A stretch of DNA of 64,000 nt from Minisyncoccota bacterium (GCA_036405975.1 DASWWM010000034.1:4675-68674), one strand, 5' to 3'. Numbered from the stretch's first letter, positions 8,338 through 19,118 are shown. Notes: generated by a model from the letters alone, not told the origin. A program made the numbers and translations.

Positions 8338-10197
8338 TTACACTCTCAAAGTGTCTTGCTGACCCGCAATATCAGGCTTTGTTTCTTGGAAATTATCAAG
8401 GCTTAATCTTTTCTCAACCTCCTCGAATGTCTCTGCTCCGAAATCGGATGAGGCGTCCTGTATGCTGTCCGGTACTGCCGTATCCGCTGGTTCTTCTGGA
8501 ACGAGCTCTATCTCTTCCGCAAGGTCAACTACTCGCTCGAGCTCTTCAAACGTCGTAATTCCTTTGAGTACCTTTGTGAGGCCGTCTTGCTTCATGGTCA
8601 TGATGCGCTGGGAAGCGGCAGCTTTTCGTATTTCTCGTTCACTCGGGTTTTCCCGGATGATGTATTCGATGTTTTTGTCGGCAAGGATGGCCTCGTATAC
8701 GCCGAGTCGTCCTCTATAGCCTGTATTGTTACATTTGTCGCACCCTACAGCCGTCCATATTTCAGTCGGCTTTTCTGGGAAGAACGATGCTTCCTCGTAC
8801 CCTTTAAGGGAATTGATGAGTTCGTCCACAAGGGCCTGTCTCTCTGCCGGAATAGGTATTTTTTTCCTACAGTCGACGCATACCTTTCGAAGAAGTCTTT
8901 GTGCCATGGCTACCCTGATCGAAGAGGTGAGCACTTTCGGGTCCACACCGAGGTCTACAAGTCGCGTGAATGTACCTGCCGCATTGTTGGTGTGAAGGGT
9001 GGAGAGTACGAGGTGACCCGTAAGCGAAGCCTGGATGGCTGTCGCTGCCGTTTCTCCGTCTCGGATTTCTCCCACCATGATCACATCGGGGTCTTGTCGA
9101 AGTGCTGCTCGGAGGCCAGACTCAAAGTTGTAGTTTTTCTTCTCGTCTACCTGCGTCTGCACGATGCCTGCGAGGTGGTATTCGATCGGATCTTCGATCG
9201 TGATGATTTTCATCTCAGGGCTCTGCACTTTTCGGAGGAATGAATAAAGGGTTGTTGTCTTTCCAGAACCCGTAGGACCTGTTGTGAGAATGAGCCCGTT
9301 CGGCCGCTCGATTTCAACGGCAAGAATTCGCAGGAGCTTTTCAGGGAACCCGAGCTCCTCCATCGGCGTTGAGATTGACTTCGGATTGAGGATTCGCATT
9401 ACAATCGACTCGCCATATGCACTCGGAACGGTAGATGTTCGAATTTCAATATCGCTCATGTAGATCTTCACCGTGAATCGTCCGTCCTGCGCAGCGTCTT
9501 TGATATTGAGCTTGAGGCCTGAAAGAAGCTTGATTCGGGATAGGAGCAGCCTGTATGTCTCGATATCGAACTTAGCAACCTCGATAAGGACGCCGTCGAG
9601 CCTGTATCGAATGACTGCATGGTCTGCTTCTGATTCGACGTGGATATCCGAAGCTTTTGTGGAAAGTCCGCCTGCCATAACGATGGCTATAACTCTTGAT
9701 ATTTTATGGCTTTTCTTGATCGCGAGAGCCTCTTCGACGAGAACTGAAATATCCTCGAGCTTTTTCGTCTTTTCTATGAGCTGCTCGATTTCCTCGTTCG
9801 AGATATCGAGTGACCCTGCTTCTGTCTCGAATGCGAACGAAAGATCCTTGTAGCGATCCCATGCTTTCTCGATGCTGTGCATTGAGGAGAGGAATACTGC
9901 CGTCGCATAGCCTTTTCCTTGAAGTTTCTTGATGCTGTCCACTACAGCCTGGCTGTTGATGGTATGAACAGCGATGGAGATTCTCTTTCCGACAATGTCG
10001 AAGACCGCCATCTTGTTCTCGCGAGCTTCGGCTTCGGGAATGAGTCTGAGACCGTCGGTATTGATAGGGACTCGGGTAAGGTCTATGTATGGGAGGCCGT
10101 ATTTTTCAGCGACAATCTGTACGGATTTTTCTTCCTCTTCCGCTCGCAGCGTTCGGAGTCGCTGATTCTGCTTGTCTTCATCAAAATGGATGGTCAT
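8338..10197 (-). CDS. pilB: Type IV pilus/T2SS assembly ATPase (PilB/GspE family)
   Basis: ASDIH, GPTGSGKTTT, TIEDPIE, LRQDPD, TGHLVLSTLH, CxxC...GCxxC. Confidence 0.93.
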   Translation of the reverse strand: MTIHFDEDKQNQRLRTLRAEEEEKSVQIVAEKYGLPYIDLTRVPINTDGLRLIPEAEARENKMAVFDIVGKRISIAVHTINSQAVVDSIKKLQGKGYATAVFLSSMHSIEKAWDRYKDLSFAFETEAGSLDISNEEIEQLIEKTKKLEDISVLVEEALAIKKSHKISRVIAIVMAGGLSTKASDIHVESEADHAVIRYRLDGVLIEVAKFDIETYRLLLSRIKLLSGLKLNIKDAAQDGRFTVKIYMSDIEIRTSTVPSAYGESIVMRILNPKSISTPMEELGFPEKLLRILAVEIERPNGLILTTGPTGSGKTTTLYSFLRKVQSPEMKIITIEDPIEYHLAGIVQTQVDEKKNYNFESGLRAALRQDPDVIMVGEIRDGETAATAIQASLTGHLVLSTLHTNNAAGTFTRLVDLGVDPKVLTSSIRVAMAQRLLRKVCVDCRKKIPIPAERQALVDELINSLKGYEEASFFPEKPTEIWTAVGCDKCNNTGYRGRLGVYEAILADKNIEYIIRENPSEREIRKAAASQRIMTMKQDGLTKVLKGITTFEELERVVDLAEEIELVPEEPADTAVPDSIQDASSDFGAETFEEVEKRLSLDNFQETKPDIAGQQDTLRV

Positions 10198-10282
10198 ATT
10201 CAGTGCATATTGTACCTCTTTTTCAGAATGGACGCATTAGATTTAGATGTTAATTGCTGCTATCATTCGGCATATTAAAGTC

Positions 10283-10723
10283 ATGAAAAATGAAACTATT
10301 ACGTACACGATCGGTGAAATCCCGGAGGTCGCATCCAAAGTCATCGAATTCTTAAGATCAACCGACAGGACGGAAGCTGTCGTGGTGGGCCTGAACGGAG
10401 ACCTCGGAGCGGGGAAGACCACCTTCAGTAAGGAGATTGCTCGACAGCTTGGCGTTACCGAGACGGTTACAAGTCCAACGTTTGTCATTCAGAAGACATA
10501 CCCAACCACTGATCCTGTATTCCAGAATTTTGTGCATATAGACGCATATAGGCTTGATGAGGCACGGGAACTCTCAGTCCTGGGCTTTGAAAAGCTTGTT
10601 TCTGAGCCTGAAAACCTCATTTTTGTCGAATGGCCTGAAAGGGTGGCGGATATCCTTCCGGGTAGTACAATACAAATACATATATCCGTCCTTGATGAGC
10701 ATTCACGGGAAATGAAATTTTAA
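10283..10723 (+). CDS. tsaE: tRNA threonylcarbamoyladenosine biosynthesis ATPase TsaE
   Basis: GDLGAGKT, SPTF, HIDAYRL, VEWPE. Confidence 0.95.
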   Translation: MKNETITYTIGEIPEVASKVIEFLRSTDRTEAVVVGLNGDLGAGKTTFSKEIARQLGVTETVTSPTFVIQKTYPTTDPVFQNFVHIDAYRLDEARELSVLGFEKLVSEPENLIFVEWPERVADILPGSTIQIHISVLDEHSREMKF

Positions 10724-13239
10724 TGTCAAAGACTGACCAGCCAAAAGCATCAAAAGGAAAGAAAGCCAAAGGCGATCGAAAGCTCCTGGTTCTTCTCGAT
10801 TCCCATGCCATCATTCATCGGGCATACCACGCACTCCCTGATTTCGCATCAAGCAAAGGCAAGCCTACGGGTGCGCTCTACGGTCTTTCGACAATGCTTT
10901 TCAGCCTTATTGAAAAGTTCAAGCCGGACTACATTGTCGCTTGTTATGATCTTCCTCAGCCAACCTACAGGCATGAGGCTTATGAAGGTTACAAGGCCGG
11001 ACGAAAAAAGACGGATGACGCCCTCGTTGAGCAACTCGTTTCATCTCGGGAGATTTTCACCGCATGCGGAATTCCCATGTATGACATGCCGGGCTTTGAA
11101 GCCGATGACATGCTCGGAACCATCGTTCATCAGGTAACTGATAATAAGGATTTCGAAAATGTCGATGTTCTTATAGCATCGGGCGATATGGATACGCTTC
11201 AGCTTATACAGGGTGACCGGGTTAGGGTATTCACTCTGAAGAAGGGCATAAAAGACACCGTTGTCTACGACGAAGAAGCTGTCCGAGAAAGATTCGGTTT
11301 CGGTCCAGCTCAACTTACGGACTACAAAGGACTTCGGGGTGATCCTTCTGATAACATCATCGGTATCGCAGGTATCGGTGAAAAGACTGCAACCATTCTC
11401 ATTACCGCATTCGGAACGGTTGAAGGCATTTACGCTGCACTTGAAAAAGATCCGAACCTCGTAAAGAAAGCGGGTGTCTCCGATCGAATTATCGAGCTTT
11501 TGGAGAAAGGGAAAGAAGAGGCGCTCTTCAGCAAGATGCTTGCGACCATCCGACGCGATGCGCCTATCAGCTTCACTCTCCCAGAGAATTCATGGAAAGA
11601 AGGATTTGATATCAATGCGGTCGAGACGCTTTTCAAAGAGCTTGAGTTCAGGACTCTTGTCGCACGATTGAAAATTATCAGTGGTCAGGAGACAAAGTCC
11701 GGAGCGGCTGCGGCAAATGTTTCCGTAAAGGCATCTGCGAAGAAGGCGGAAGGAGACATTGACGATGATGGTTTCGTGGTCGAAGGCGGATCTAAGAATA
11801 AGGCTGTAAATAAGCCTGAAATACATATCGATCCGATTCTTGCCGAGAAGCTCAAGATAGGGGTTCATATTTTGAATTCAACAATTGTTAATCCTTCACT
11901 CGAGGATGTTTTTGCTGCAACTCGAACTGAGAATCCGGAGCTCGCTGAAAAAAGAGTCATCGATGATATCCATAAGGAGAAACTTGAAACAGTTTATTTT
12001 GATATTGAATTGCCGCTCATTCCCATCCTTCAAAAAATGCATGAGCTTGGTGTAAAGATTGACGTGATGTTCTTGAAGGATCTGGGACGCGAGTACCATA
12101 AGAAGCTTTCTGAAATCGAAAAGAAGATTTGGGAACATGCAGGAACCGAATTCAATGTCGCTTCTCCTAAGCAGCTTGGTGAGATAATTTATGAAAAGAT
12201 GGGTCTTGGCGGAAAGAAGATCAAGAAGACTGCGGGTGGCGTTAAGTCCACAAAAGAGTCAGAGCTTGAAAAGCTTAAGGGTGAGCATCCTGTCATCGGT
12301 CTCATTCTCGAATACCGAGAGCTTGCGAAGCTTCTTGGCACATACATAGACGTGCTTCCGACTCTTGCTGATGCAAATGACCGCGTTCATACCCAGTTTA
12401 TCCAGACTGGTGCAGCGACAGGGCGAATGTCATCGCAGAATCCAGGCCTTCAGAATATCCCCATCAAGACGGAGCAGGGAAGGGCTATCCGAAATGCATT
12501 CATCTCCGATGACGGCTATACGCTCGTTTCATTCGATTATTCTCAGATTGAGCTTCGAATCGCTGCATTCCTTTCTGGTGACGAAAAGCTTATCGAAATC
12601 TTCAAGAGCGGAACGGACGTTCATACCGGGGTCGCAGCGAGCGTATTTGGTGTCGATGAGAAAGACGTAACTAAAGATATGCGGCGAAGGGCGAAGGTGA
12701 TCAACTTCGGTATTCTTTACGGCATGGGCGTTAATGCCCTCAAGACGAACCTGGGCAGCACGCGAGATGAGGCACAGAAGTTCTATGACGAGTACTTCAA
12801 GAATTTCAGCGGCCTGGCAGCCTACCTTGATAATACAAAGGCGGAGGCTGCCAGGCTGGGCTATACGGAAACGTTCTTTGGCCGAAGGCGGTATTTCGAG
12901 GGTATCCATTCAAGGCTGCCGTTCATCAGGGCAGCAGCAGAACGAATGGCCATCAATGCTCCTATCCAAGGAACGCAGGCTGACCTTATCAAGATCAGCA
13001 TGAGAAGGATCGACGACCGGCTTAGGGAAGAGGGTCTTCTTGAAAAGGCACGGCTTCTCCTACAGGTTCACGACGAACTCATCTATGAGATCAGGACTCC
13101 TGAAGTTAAGCGAGTGGCGACTATCGTAAAGTCGGTCATGGAAGGCGTACTTACATCCGAGCAGACGAAAGGCGTGCCTATCCAGACTTCTGCGAATGCA
13201 GGCAAGAACTGGGGCAATATGGAGGCGATAGAATTCTAG
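10723..13239 (+). CDS. polA: DNA polymerase I
   Basis: 5'-3' exonuclease (EADD, SGDMD, GDPSDN) plus family A polymerase (DYSQIELR, AKVINFGILYG, LQVHDEL). Confidence 0.97.
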   Translation: MSKTDQPKASKGKKAKGDRKLLVLLDSHAIIHRAYHALPDFASSKGKPTGALYGLSTMLFSLIEKFKPDYIVACYDLPQPTYRHEAYEGYKAGRKKTDDALVEQLVSSREIFTACGIPMYDMPGFEADDMLGTIVHQVTDNKDFENVDVLIASGDMDTLQLIQGDRVRVFTLKKGIKDTVVYDEEAVRERFGFGPAQLTDYKGLRGDPSDNIIGIAGIGEKTATILITAFGTVEGIYAALEKDPNLVKKAGVSDRIIELLEKGKEEALFSKMLATIRRDAPISFTLPENSWKEGFDINAVETLFKELEFRTLVARLKIISGQETKSGAAAANVSVKASAKKAEGDIDDDGFVVEGGSKNKAVNKPEIHIDPILAEKLKIGVHILNSTIVNPSLEDVFAATRTENPELAEKRVIDDIHKEKLETVYFDIELPLIPILQKMHELGVKIDVMFLKDLGREYHKKLSEIEKKIWEHAGTEFNVASPKQLGEIIYEKMGLGGKKIKKTAGGVKSTKESELEKLKGEHPVIGLILEYRELAKLLGTYIDVLPTLADANDRVHTQFIQTGAATGRMSSQNPGLQNIPIKTEQGRAIRNAFISDDGYTLVSFDYSQIELRIAAFLSGDEKLIEIFKSGTDVHTGVAASVFGVDEKDVTKDMRRRAKVINFGILYGMGVNALKTNLGSTRDEAQKFYDEYFKNFSGLAAYLDNTKAEAARLGYTETFFGRRRYFEGIHSRLPFIRAAAERMAINAPIQGTQADLIKISMRRIDDRLREEGLLEKARLLLQVHDELIYEIRTPEVKRVATIVKSVMEGVLTSEQTKGVPIQTSANAGKNWGNMEAIEF

Positions 13240-13299
13240 TGCGTCGCCGGTTTTTCGCATCCTGATGGCAGAGAAACAAGGGGCGGTATAATACAAACA

Positions 13300-14028
13300 A
13301 TGCTTTACGTAATACATGGATCTGATACTGAAAAGGCTCGGAAGAAACTGAAGGCAATGACCGACATTCTTCAGTCTAAAAGGCCTGATGCGACGGTTTT
13401 CAAGATTACGCCTGAATCATTCAGCGAGTCATATATAGAAGAATCTGTTTCCGGACTCAGCCTTTTTGTGCCTAAGAATATAATCATTCTTGATTCTCTC
13501 ATTACGCATAAAGAGCATTCGGATTTCATTATCGATAAAATACCTGACTTCGCCTCTTCCGATCATGTCTGCATTATCTTCGACAAGAAGCTTACCAAAG
13601 AGCATCTGAAGAAACTTGAAAAGAAAGCTGAAAAAATAGAAGAGCATAATCTCAAAGAAGATGGCGATGCGGGCAAGTTCAAAAAAAGAGAAACAAGCCC
13701 TGTCTTTCCATTTGGCGAAGCCGTTCTTGCGCGAGACAAAGTAAGAAGCTGGACGCTCTTTCAGACAATCATGGCCGACGGTGTCGCACCTGAAGAAATC
13801 CACGGCATTCTCTGGTGGCAGTTCAAATCGCTCTATCTTTCATATTCATATGGTGCCAAGGAGTCAGGGTTGAACCCATTTGTTCATAGAAAATGCATGG
13901 ATGCTCAGAAGCGATGGGCTAAAGAGGAGGTTGAAAGTCTGCTCCATGAAATGATCCAGATGTACCACAAATCCCATAAGGGCGAGCTTGATTTCAGGGC
14001 TGAGCTTGAGCAGCTTTGCTTGAAGTGA
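13300..14028 (+). CDS. holA: DNA polymerase III delta subunit-like (short)
   Basis: MLYVIHG.D start, SLF motif, C-terminal GLNPFV...K.G....ELE pattern. Confidence 0.75.
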   Translation: MLYVIHGSDTEKARKKLKAMTDILQSKRPDATVFKITPESFSESYIEESVSGLSLFVPKNIIILDSLITHKEHSDFIIDKIPDFASSDHVCIIFDKKLTKEHLKKLEKKAEKIEEHNLKEDGDAGKFKKRETSPVFPFGEAVLARDKVRSWTLFQTIMADGVAPEEIHGILWWQFKSLYLSYSYGAKESGLNPFVHRKCMDAQKRWAKEEVESLLHEMIQMYHKSHKGELDFRAELEQLCLK

Positions 14029-14069
14029 TAAATCAAAAGACGTACTGTTGCGGTACGTCTTTTTCTCTG

Positions 14070-14142
14070 TGCGTCCAGTTGGAATCGAACCAACGACCCT
14101 CTGCTTAAAAGGCAGGTGCTCTACCGACTGAGCTATGGACGC
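14070..14142 (-). tRNA. tRNA-Lys(TTT)
   Basis: GCGTCCA acceptor, anticodon loop CTTTTAA, T-loop TTCGATT. Confidence 0.95.
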
Positions 14143-14234
14143 GTATTGCATTCTGAGGCTTTGCTTGGCCGTGCCAGCTGATGCCGTGCAAGGTAAGGAG
14201 ACCAGAAGAATGCTACGAAATATATCAGAAAATC

Positions 14235-14639
14235 CTAAAGTGGCAAATCGAGGGCCCAGAGTCCTGCCCCTGAGAATACGAGGCTAAGAGAGATGAGGAA
14301 GAGGAGCATGTATTCCATCCAAGATCGCATTTTGAGCTGTGGATCTCGAACGACTACGACAAGCGATACGAATGCGATGATTGCTCCGATGATAGAGGCA
14401 ATCTGCGTAAGAAGGCCGATGATCATGCAGGCACCGATGATGAACTCTGTGAATCCGAGAGCTTTGACGAATTTGTCGGCAGGCTTGATCTTGATCGAAT
14501 CGAAGTATGTGATAAGCGCATGTCGGTTCAGAGTGAACTTTGAGTAGCCGAGCATGATGAAGTACGCTCCGGCACCCAGTCGGATCAGGGTAGGGGCCAT
14601 CGACTTCAGGAATAGAAGTTCTGGAAATGTATTAAGCAT
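14235..14639 (-). CDS. DoxX family membrane protein
   Basis: LIRL...GYSK, EFIIG..IIGLLTQ, GAGLWALD. Confidence 0.85.
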   Translation of the reverse strand: MLNTFPELLFLKSMAPTLIRLGAGAYFIMLGYSKFTLNRHALITYFDSIKIKPADKFVKALGFTEFIIGACMIIGLLTQIASIIGAIIAFVSLVVVVRDPQLKMRSWMEYMLLFLISLSLVFSGAGLWALDLPL

Positions 14640-14680
14640 GGCTCCTATGATATCACACATAATGGTGCTATAAAGGTGTC

Positions 14681-15166
14681 ATGAAGAGCGTTGCCCAAGC
14701 TGTAGTCGTCCTCCCTGATATCAGAAGTGCCCACAATGTCGGTTCTATTTTCCGTACCTGTGATGCTGCGGGAATCGATAAGGTGTATCTTGCTGGCTAT
14801 ACTCCCGATCCTCTCGACCGATTCGGCCGGCCTGTTAAGGAAATCGCAAAGACTGCCTTGGGTGCCGAGAAGACTATTCCTTGGGAGCACGAGGGTGATG
14901 TGCTGAAGCTTCTAGCTAAGCTTAAAAAGGAAGGCTTTGTTGTCGTGGCGATTGAGCTGACTGAAAATTCAGCTGACTATAAGACAATCGCCGTCGCACC
15001 GGATGCGAAAGTCGCATTTGTATTTGGAAACGAGGTTGATGGTGTCAGCGCTGAGGTTCTAGAGCGATGCGATGTCGTGGCGCATATTCCAATGGGCGGG
15101 GAGAAGGAATCACTGAATGTTTCGGTTGCTGCCGGCATCGCGCTTTTTAGAATTCTGGGCATATAG
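14681..15166 (+). CDS. TrmH/SpoU family RNA methyltransferase
   Basis: NVGSIFRT, FGNEVDG, IPM.G..ESLNVSVAAGI. Confidence 0.92.
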   Translation: MKSVAQAVVVLPDIRSAHNVGSIFRTCDAAGIDKVYLAGYTPDPLDRFGRPVKEIAKTALGAEKTIPWEHEGDVLKLLAKLKKEGFVVVAIELTENSADYKTIAVAPDAKVAFVFGNEVDGVSAEVLERCDVVAHIPMGGEKESLNVSVAAGIALFRILGI

Positions 15167-15200
15167 CAAAAATGCTATATTGGGTGTCGAATCAGGTACT

Positions 15201-16142
15201 TTACTTTGCGAGCTGTTGGTGGGCACTGCAAAAATGTGCGCTTCTTCCACCGACCACCTTTCGCAGGATGGTGCCATCGCAGCCTTTCTTTGTGCATGTT
15301 TTGCCGGTCTTTCTATAAGCGTTGTGATGCGCCTGGAATTCTCCGCGCTCGCCTTTGATATTTCTGTAATCTGACATCGAGTCGCCACCGAAGTCGATCC
15401 CTTTCCTGAGTACTTCTTTAACTGCTTTGTATAACGTTTTGAGCTTTTCTTCAGGCACTTTTCGGGGCTTCTCCTCAGGATGGATTCCAGCCAGCCACAA
15501 TGCTTCATCGGAATAGATATTGCCGACGCCTGAGATAAGCGTTTGATCCATTAATACATTCTTTATCCTGCCTTCAGGTCGTCTGAGCAGCTGTTCATTG
15601 AAAACTTTATACGTAAAATTATCTTCAAGCGGTTCCGGGCCAAGATGGCTCATATGCATGCTCATTTCGATATCAGCGGTGTCGATGAGCGTGACTTTCG
15701 CAAACTTCCTCATATCTGAAAGCACGAGGTGCTTCTTATTTGAAAGTGAAAATACGAGTCGGATATGTCTATTGAAAGGATCAAGCAATGCTTCTGATCC
15801 TTCCTTGTCTTTAACGGGTTTCCATGGATCCTTCGCATCTTCCGGCTTATCGCTTTTTGCATATGTGCCGTACATGACATGGCCGGTCATTTTCATGTGG
15901 AGGAGGATGGTTTTTCCTTTGCTTAGATGGATGAGAATATTCTTGGCGCGCCGTTCAGCTTTGAGGATTTTAAATCCAGATACGGCGCGCCTGAAATCAG
16001 CAAAATATGCAGGGTCTTTTATATTGTCCTTACCTTCGTGATGCTTGCTGTCATAGCTTGTCCAAACATCGGTAATCGAAAGGCCTGCAACTGTCTGGTT
16101 GATCCCGTTTACCGTCGTCTGTACTTCAGGGAGTTCTGGCAT
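15201..16142 (-). CDS. mutM: Formamidopyrimidine-DNA glycosylase Fpg/MutM
   Basis: True start MPELPEV at 16142; HMKMTG, LGPEPL, GVGNIYSDE, C-terminal zinc finger. Confidence 0.95.
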   Translation of the reverse strand: MPELPEVQTTVNGINQTVAGLSITDVWTSYDSKHHEGKDNIKDPAYFADFRRAVSGFKILKAERRAKNILIHLSKGKTILLHMKMTGHVMYGTYAKSDKPEDAKDPWKPVKDKEGSEALLDPFNRHIRLVFSLSNKKHLVLSDMRKFAKVTLIDTADIEMSMHMSHLGPEPLEDNFTYKVFNEQLLRRPEGRIKNVLMDQTLISGVGNIYSDEALWLAGIHPEEKPRKVPEEKLKTLYKAVKEVLRKGIDFGGDSMSDYRNIKGERGEFQAHHNAYRKTGKTCTKKGCDGTILRKVVGGRSAHFCSAHQQLAK

Positions 16143-16248
16143 ATGGGCACATAATAGGCGAGCGGGTATAAAATGCAATTGCGAATATGAAAGTCCCGCC
16201 CTTTGTCGGAAGCCGGACTTCATCAAATGCGACGCTTTGTTTGTGAAC

Positions 16249-16821
16249 CTATCTGCTGAGCTGCTTGAGCGCGTACTTAATCTTCTCTGTCGTTCCGTTG
16301 ATATCGCTTGGAATATGCTCAAGTGCATCCTTGGCTTCCTTGTGGTTGTAGCCGAGCGACTTAAGGGCCTCGATGACATCGACGTCTCCTCCGCCGACGC
16401 TTCCGATGCCCGGCTCTGCTGCTCCGGCCTTGCCTTTGAGTTCGAGGACGATCTTGTCAGCGACTTTCTTTCCAATACCTGCAATCTTCGTAATGTATGC
16501 CGTTTCTCCGGTAGAGATAGCCTCGCGAAGTGCCTGCACTGAAGCTGCACCAAGAATGCCGATGGCTGACTTTGGGCCGATGCCTGAAACGGTAAGGAGG
16601 AGTTCGAAGAAGGAGAGGGTGTCTCGGTCCCTAAAACCGTAAAGGTCCAAAGCGTCTTCTCGGACAACCGTATGGATCCAGAGGGTCGCAGGGTCTCCTT
16701 CATGAAGCTGGCTCAGGGTATCGAGCGTTGCATACACTTTATATCCGACACCGCCATTGGTCTGGACGACCACGTATTTGAGGTCTTTGTGAAGGGCGAT
16801 GCCGCTCAGGTATGAAATCAT
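16249..16821 (-). CDS. ruvA: Holliday junction DNA-binding protein RuvA
   Basis: GVGY, VREDALDLYGF, VSGIGPK, ALKSLGY. Confidence 0.96.
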   Translation of the reverse strand: MISYLSGIALHKDLKYVVVQTNGGVGYKVYATLDTLSQLHEGDPATLWIHTVVREDALDLYGFRDRDTLSFFELLLTVSGIGPKSAIGILGAASVQALREAISTGETAYITKIAGIGKKVADKIVLELKGKAGAAEPGIGSVGGGDVDVIEALKSLGYNHKEAKDALEHIPSDINGTTEKIKYALKQLSR

Positions 16822-16913
16822 GCCTGTATTCTAGCAGAAATGGACCGAAAAGGCCGAATATGGGCCTTGGCAGTTGCTAATCCTGCGATAATCTGGTACA
16901 TTCTTGCGTACAT

Positions 16914-17177
16914 ATGCCAATTATTCAATCAGCAAAAAAGGCTCTCCGAGGCTCTTCAAAGAAGAAGGTTTTCAACCTCCGACGACAGAAGAACGTAGAT
17001 GCAGCCCTCAAGAACATCAAGAAGCTCGTTTCTGAGAAGAACATCAAGGAAGCGGAGAAGGCCCTTTCAGTCGCTTACAAGGCACTCGACAAGGCAGCTA
17101 AGGGTGGAACTATCAAGAAAGGCGAAGCATCTCGAAAGAAGTCTCGAATGTCAGCTCTCATCGTCCGAAGCAAGTAA
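16914..17177 (+). CDS. rpsT: 30S ribosomal protein S20
   Basis: SAKKALR, LDKAAK.G.IKK..ASRKKSR. Confidence 0.95.
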   Translation: MPIIQSAKKALRGSSKKKVFNLRRQKNVDAALKNIKKLVSEKNIKEAEKALSVAYKALDKAAKGGTIKKGEASRKKSRMSALIVRSK

Positions 17178-17248
17178 TAGCTTCAAATCAAAAAGCCTCC
17201 GAGAAATCGGAGGCTTTTGTTTTTGCTGATCTGGCAGTCTGCAGCGAT

Positions 17249-17806
17249 TTAGTTTTGACGGCGCTCGTGAACCTCGCGAATGATCGTCACATGCTTCGTG
17301 ATCTCGTCCTTAACGTCTTGCGGGTTTGGGATCTCTCGGCACATGAATCGAAGTTCCGCTGCCGCCGTCTGCACCTCAAGGTCTCCGTATCCCATCATGG
17401 TTGGAATGGCTCCTTCGATTCGCACTGATATGTCCTGGATGTTATGAAGGCTGAGCTCCGAGATTCTCCGGTCAAAGAATCCACACTGCCTGCTATTGAT
17501 GATCCGCTTGTCCGTCACGATCCAAGTTTCAAGGGTGTACATGGTCAGCGTATAGAACAGGAAGAACCAGAGTGCCATGTAATAGCATGAAGATATAAGG
17601 ATGAAGAGGGAAAGGAGGTTGTTGGAGAGAATCATTGGACCGAATACTACGAGTACGGCAAGCGGGATGAATCCGCCGAGAAATATGTACGTAATCCTTC
17701 CAACCAGCGTAAACCAATGCCTATGGAGAAACAGAAGAACTGTCTCGTCATCCTTCTTTCCTTCGAACGTATATGATGTCTTCGTGATGAATGAGAATAG
17801 GTCCAT
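17249..17806 (-). CDS. Membrane protein with bacterial PH domain
   Basis: Two TM helices, then WIVTDKRI...IQDI...YGDLEVQTA. Confidence 0.8.
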   Translation of the reverse strand: MDLFSFITKTSYTFEGKKDDETVLLFLHRHWFTLVGRITYIFLGGFIPLAVLVVFGPMILSNNLLSLFILISSCYYMALWFFLFYTLTMYTLETWIVTDKRIINSRQCGFFDRRISELSLHNIQDISVRIEGAIPTMMGYGDLEVQTAAAELRFMCREIPNPQDVKDEITKHVTIIREVHERRQN

Positions 17807-17816
17807 ATGCTTATAG

Positions 17817-18065
17817 TTATGCTGCCAAAACGGCCTGAACGTAGAATAAAGTGGTAATGAGGGACAGAAGTATGGATCCTCCCAGGAATATTATCGCGAG
17901 CTTTTTCGGCTGTCCGCTTACGCCGAATCGAATGAGGTGATAGAGGATGAAAAAAGCTCCGGTCCAGTATATGAGCATCGCGAGCGTGAATACGAATGTC
18001 ACCACTCCTGTGCCTGAAGTGAATGTCGACGCCTGCGAAAGAAGGTCCAATGTTGGGTTATTCAT
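17817..18065 (-). CDS. Hypothetical small membrane protein
   Basis: Two hydrophobic helices, YHLIRFG; co-oriented with next gene. Confidence 0.7.
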   Translation of the reverse strand: MNNPTLDLLSQASTFTSGTGVVTFVFTLAMLIYWTGAFFILYHLIRFGVSGQPKKLAIIFLGGSILLSLITTLFYVQAVLAA

Positions 18066-18104
18066 GCAGATTAAGTATATCAATTTGGTATACTTACGTC
18101 ATTC

Positions 18105-19097
18105 ATGGATTCTTCAGCTCCGTTAGGAATCAGGGTTTGGGCGGCACTGATACTGACTCCGCTCATTGTCGGTTTCGGAGGAACTGTCGCTTTCTTGCAT
18201 TTTATGAATCCTCCCGAGTTTCAAGATGATTTTGCTCTGGCGGCCCAGGCCTCCCGCCTTGCTCGGCCGGAAATCCTACCGTCGGTTCAACTGCCCGTCT
18301 CCGTTGCCGTTGCGGAAATTGAGACCCCGGAAGATCCCTTGGAAACCGCTTCTTCAAGCGAAGACACAGCGATCCTTGCTACGACCACAGCATCTTCTTC
18401 AGCACCAACAACGATTCCCTCAAAGCCTGTTACTGCTGCTTCAACCGCAAGCTCTGCTGCGCCATCGAGTACGGCGAAGGCCGATGAACCGGTGACTGGA
18501 TTCAGGCTCAACGTTCCGTACTACAAGCAGCAGTACACCAACAGTTGTGAGGCTGCATCTCTCAGAATGGCGCTGGCTTACAGGGGCATATTCAAGAATG
18601 ATATGGAACTCATTGTCTTGATGGGATACAAGCCGAGACCGAGAGACTTGGTGAACAATATCTGGGATGATCCTCAGGAAATGTACGTGGGGGAAGTTGA
18701 TGTCGTCGATATCTCGAAAGGCTACGGAGTTTATGGAAAGCCTGTTGCGCGAGTTGCGCGCGAGCTTGGCCGGCGTGCTGATTTTGCCGATGACATAACT
18801 CCTTATGCGCTCGCTGCTGAGGTTCGAAGAGGGAATCCTGTCCTTATGTGGGGATATACAAGCCTTACCGGTTCTCCGTATACATGGAATACGCCAGAGG
18901 GAAAAACCGTAACGGCATTCAGAGGCGAGCATTCAAGACTTGTTGTTGGTTATGAGGGTGAAGTTGAAAATCCCACAGGTTTTTACGTTCATGACCCTTT
19001 CAATGGGAGAGAGTACGAGTATTGGACAAGCCAGGCACTCTTCGCACAATTCCATGCGGTGAAGAATGTTACGAATCAGGCTGTCGTGGTTAGGTAA
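18105..19097 (+). CDS. Membrane-anchored C39-like cysteine peptidase
   Basis: TM, S/T/A-rich linker, VPYYKQ...SCEAAS, EH..LVVGY, VHDP. Confidence 0.85.
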   Translation: MDSSAPLGIRVWAALILTPLIVGFGGTVAFLHFMNPPEFQDDFALAAQASRLARPEILPSVQLPVSVAVAEIETPEDPLETASSSEDTAILATTTASSSAPTTIPSKPVTAASTASSAAPSSTAKADEPVTGFRLNVPYYKQQYTNSCEAASLRMALAYRGIFKNDMELIVLMGYKPRPRDLVNNIWDDPQEMYVGEVDVVDISKGYGVYGKPVARVARELGRRADFADDITPYALAAEVRRGNPVLMWGYTSLTGSPYTWNTPEGKTVTAFRGEHSRLVVGYEGEVENPTGFYVHDPFNGREYEYWTSQALFAQFHAVKNVTNQAVVVR

Positions 19098-19118
19098 GGG
19101 AAGGGCAAAAGCCAGTCT

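Noticed and set aside
16143-16703. N-terminal extension of the 500-aa ORF (mutM)
   Set aside because: Overlaps ruvA in another frame; Fpg requires N-terminal M-P-E-L-P-E, which starts at 16142
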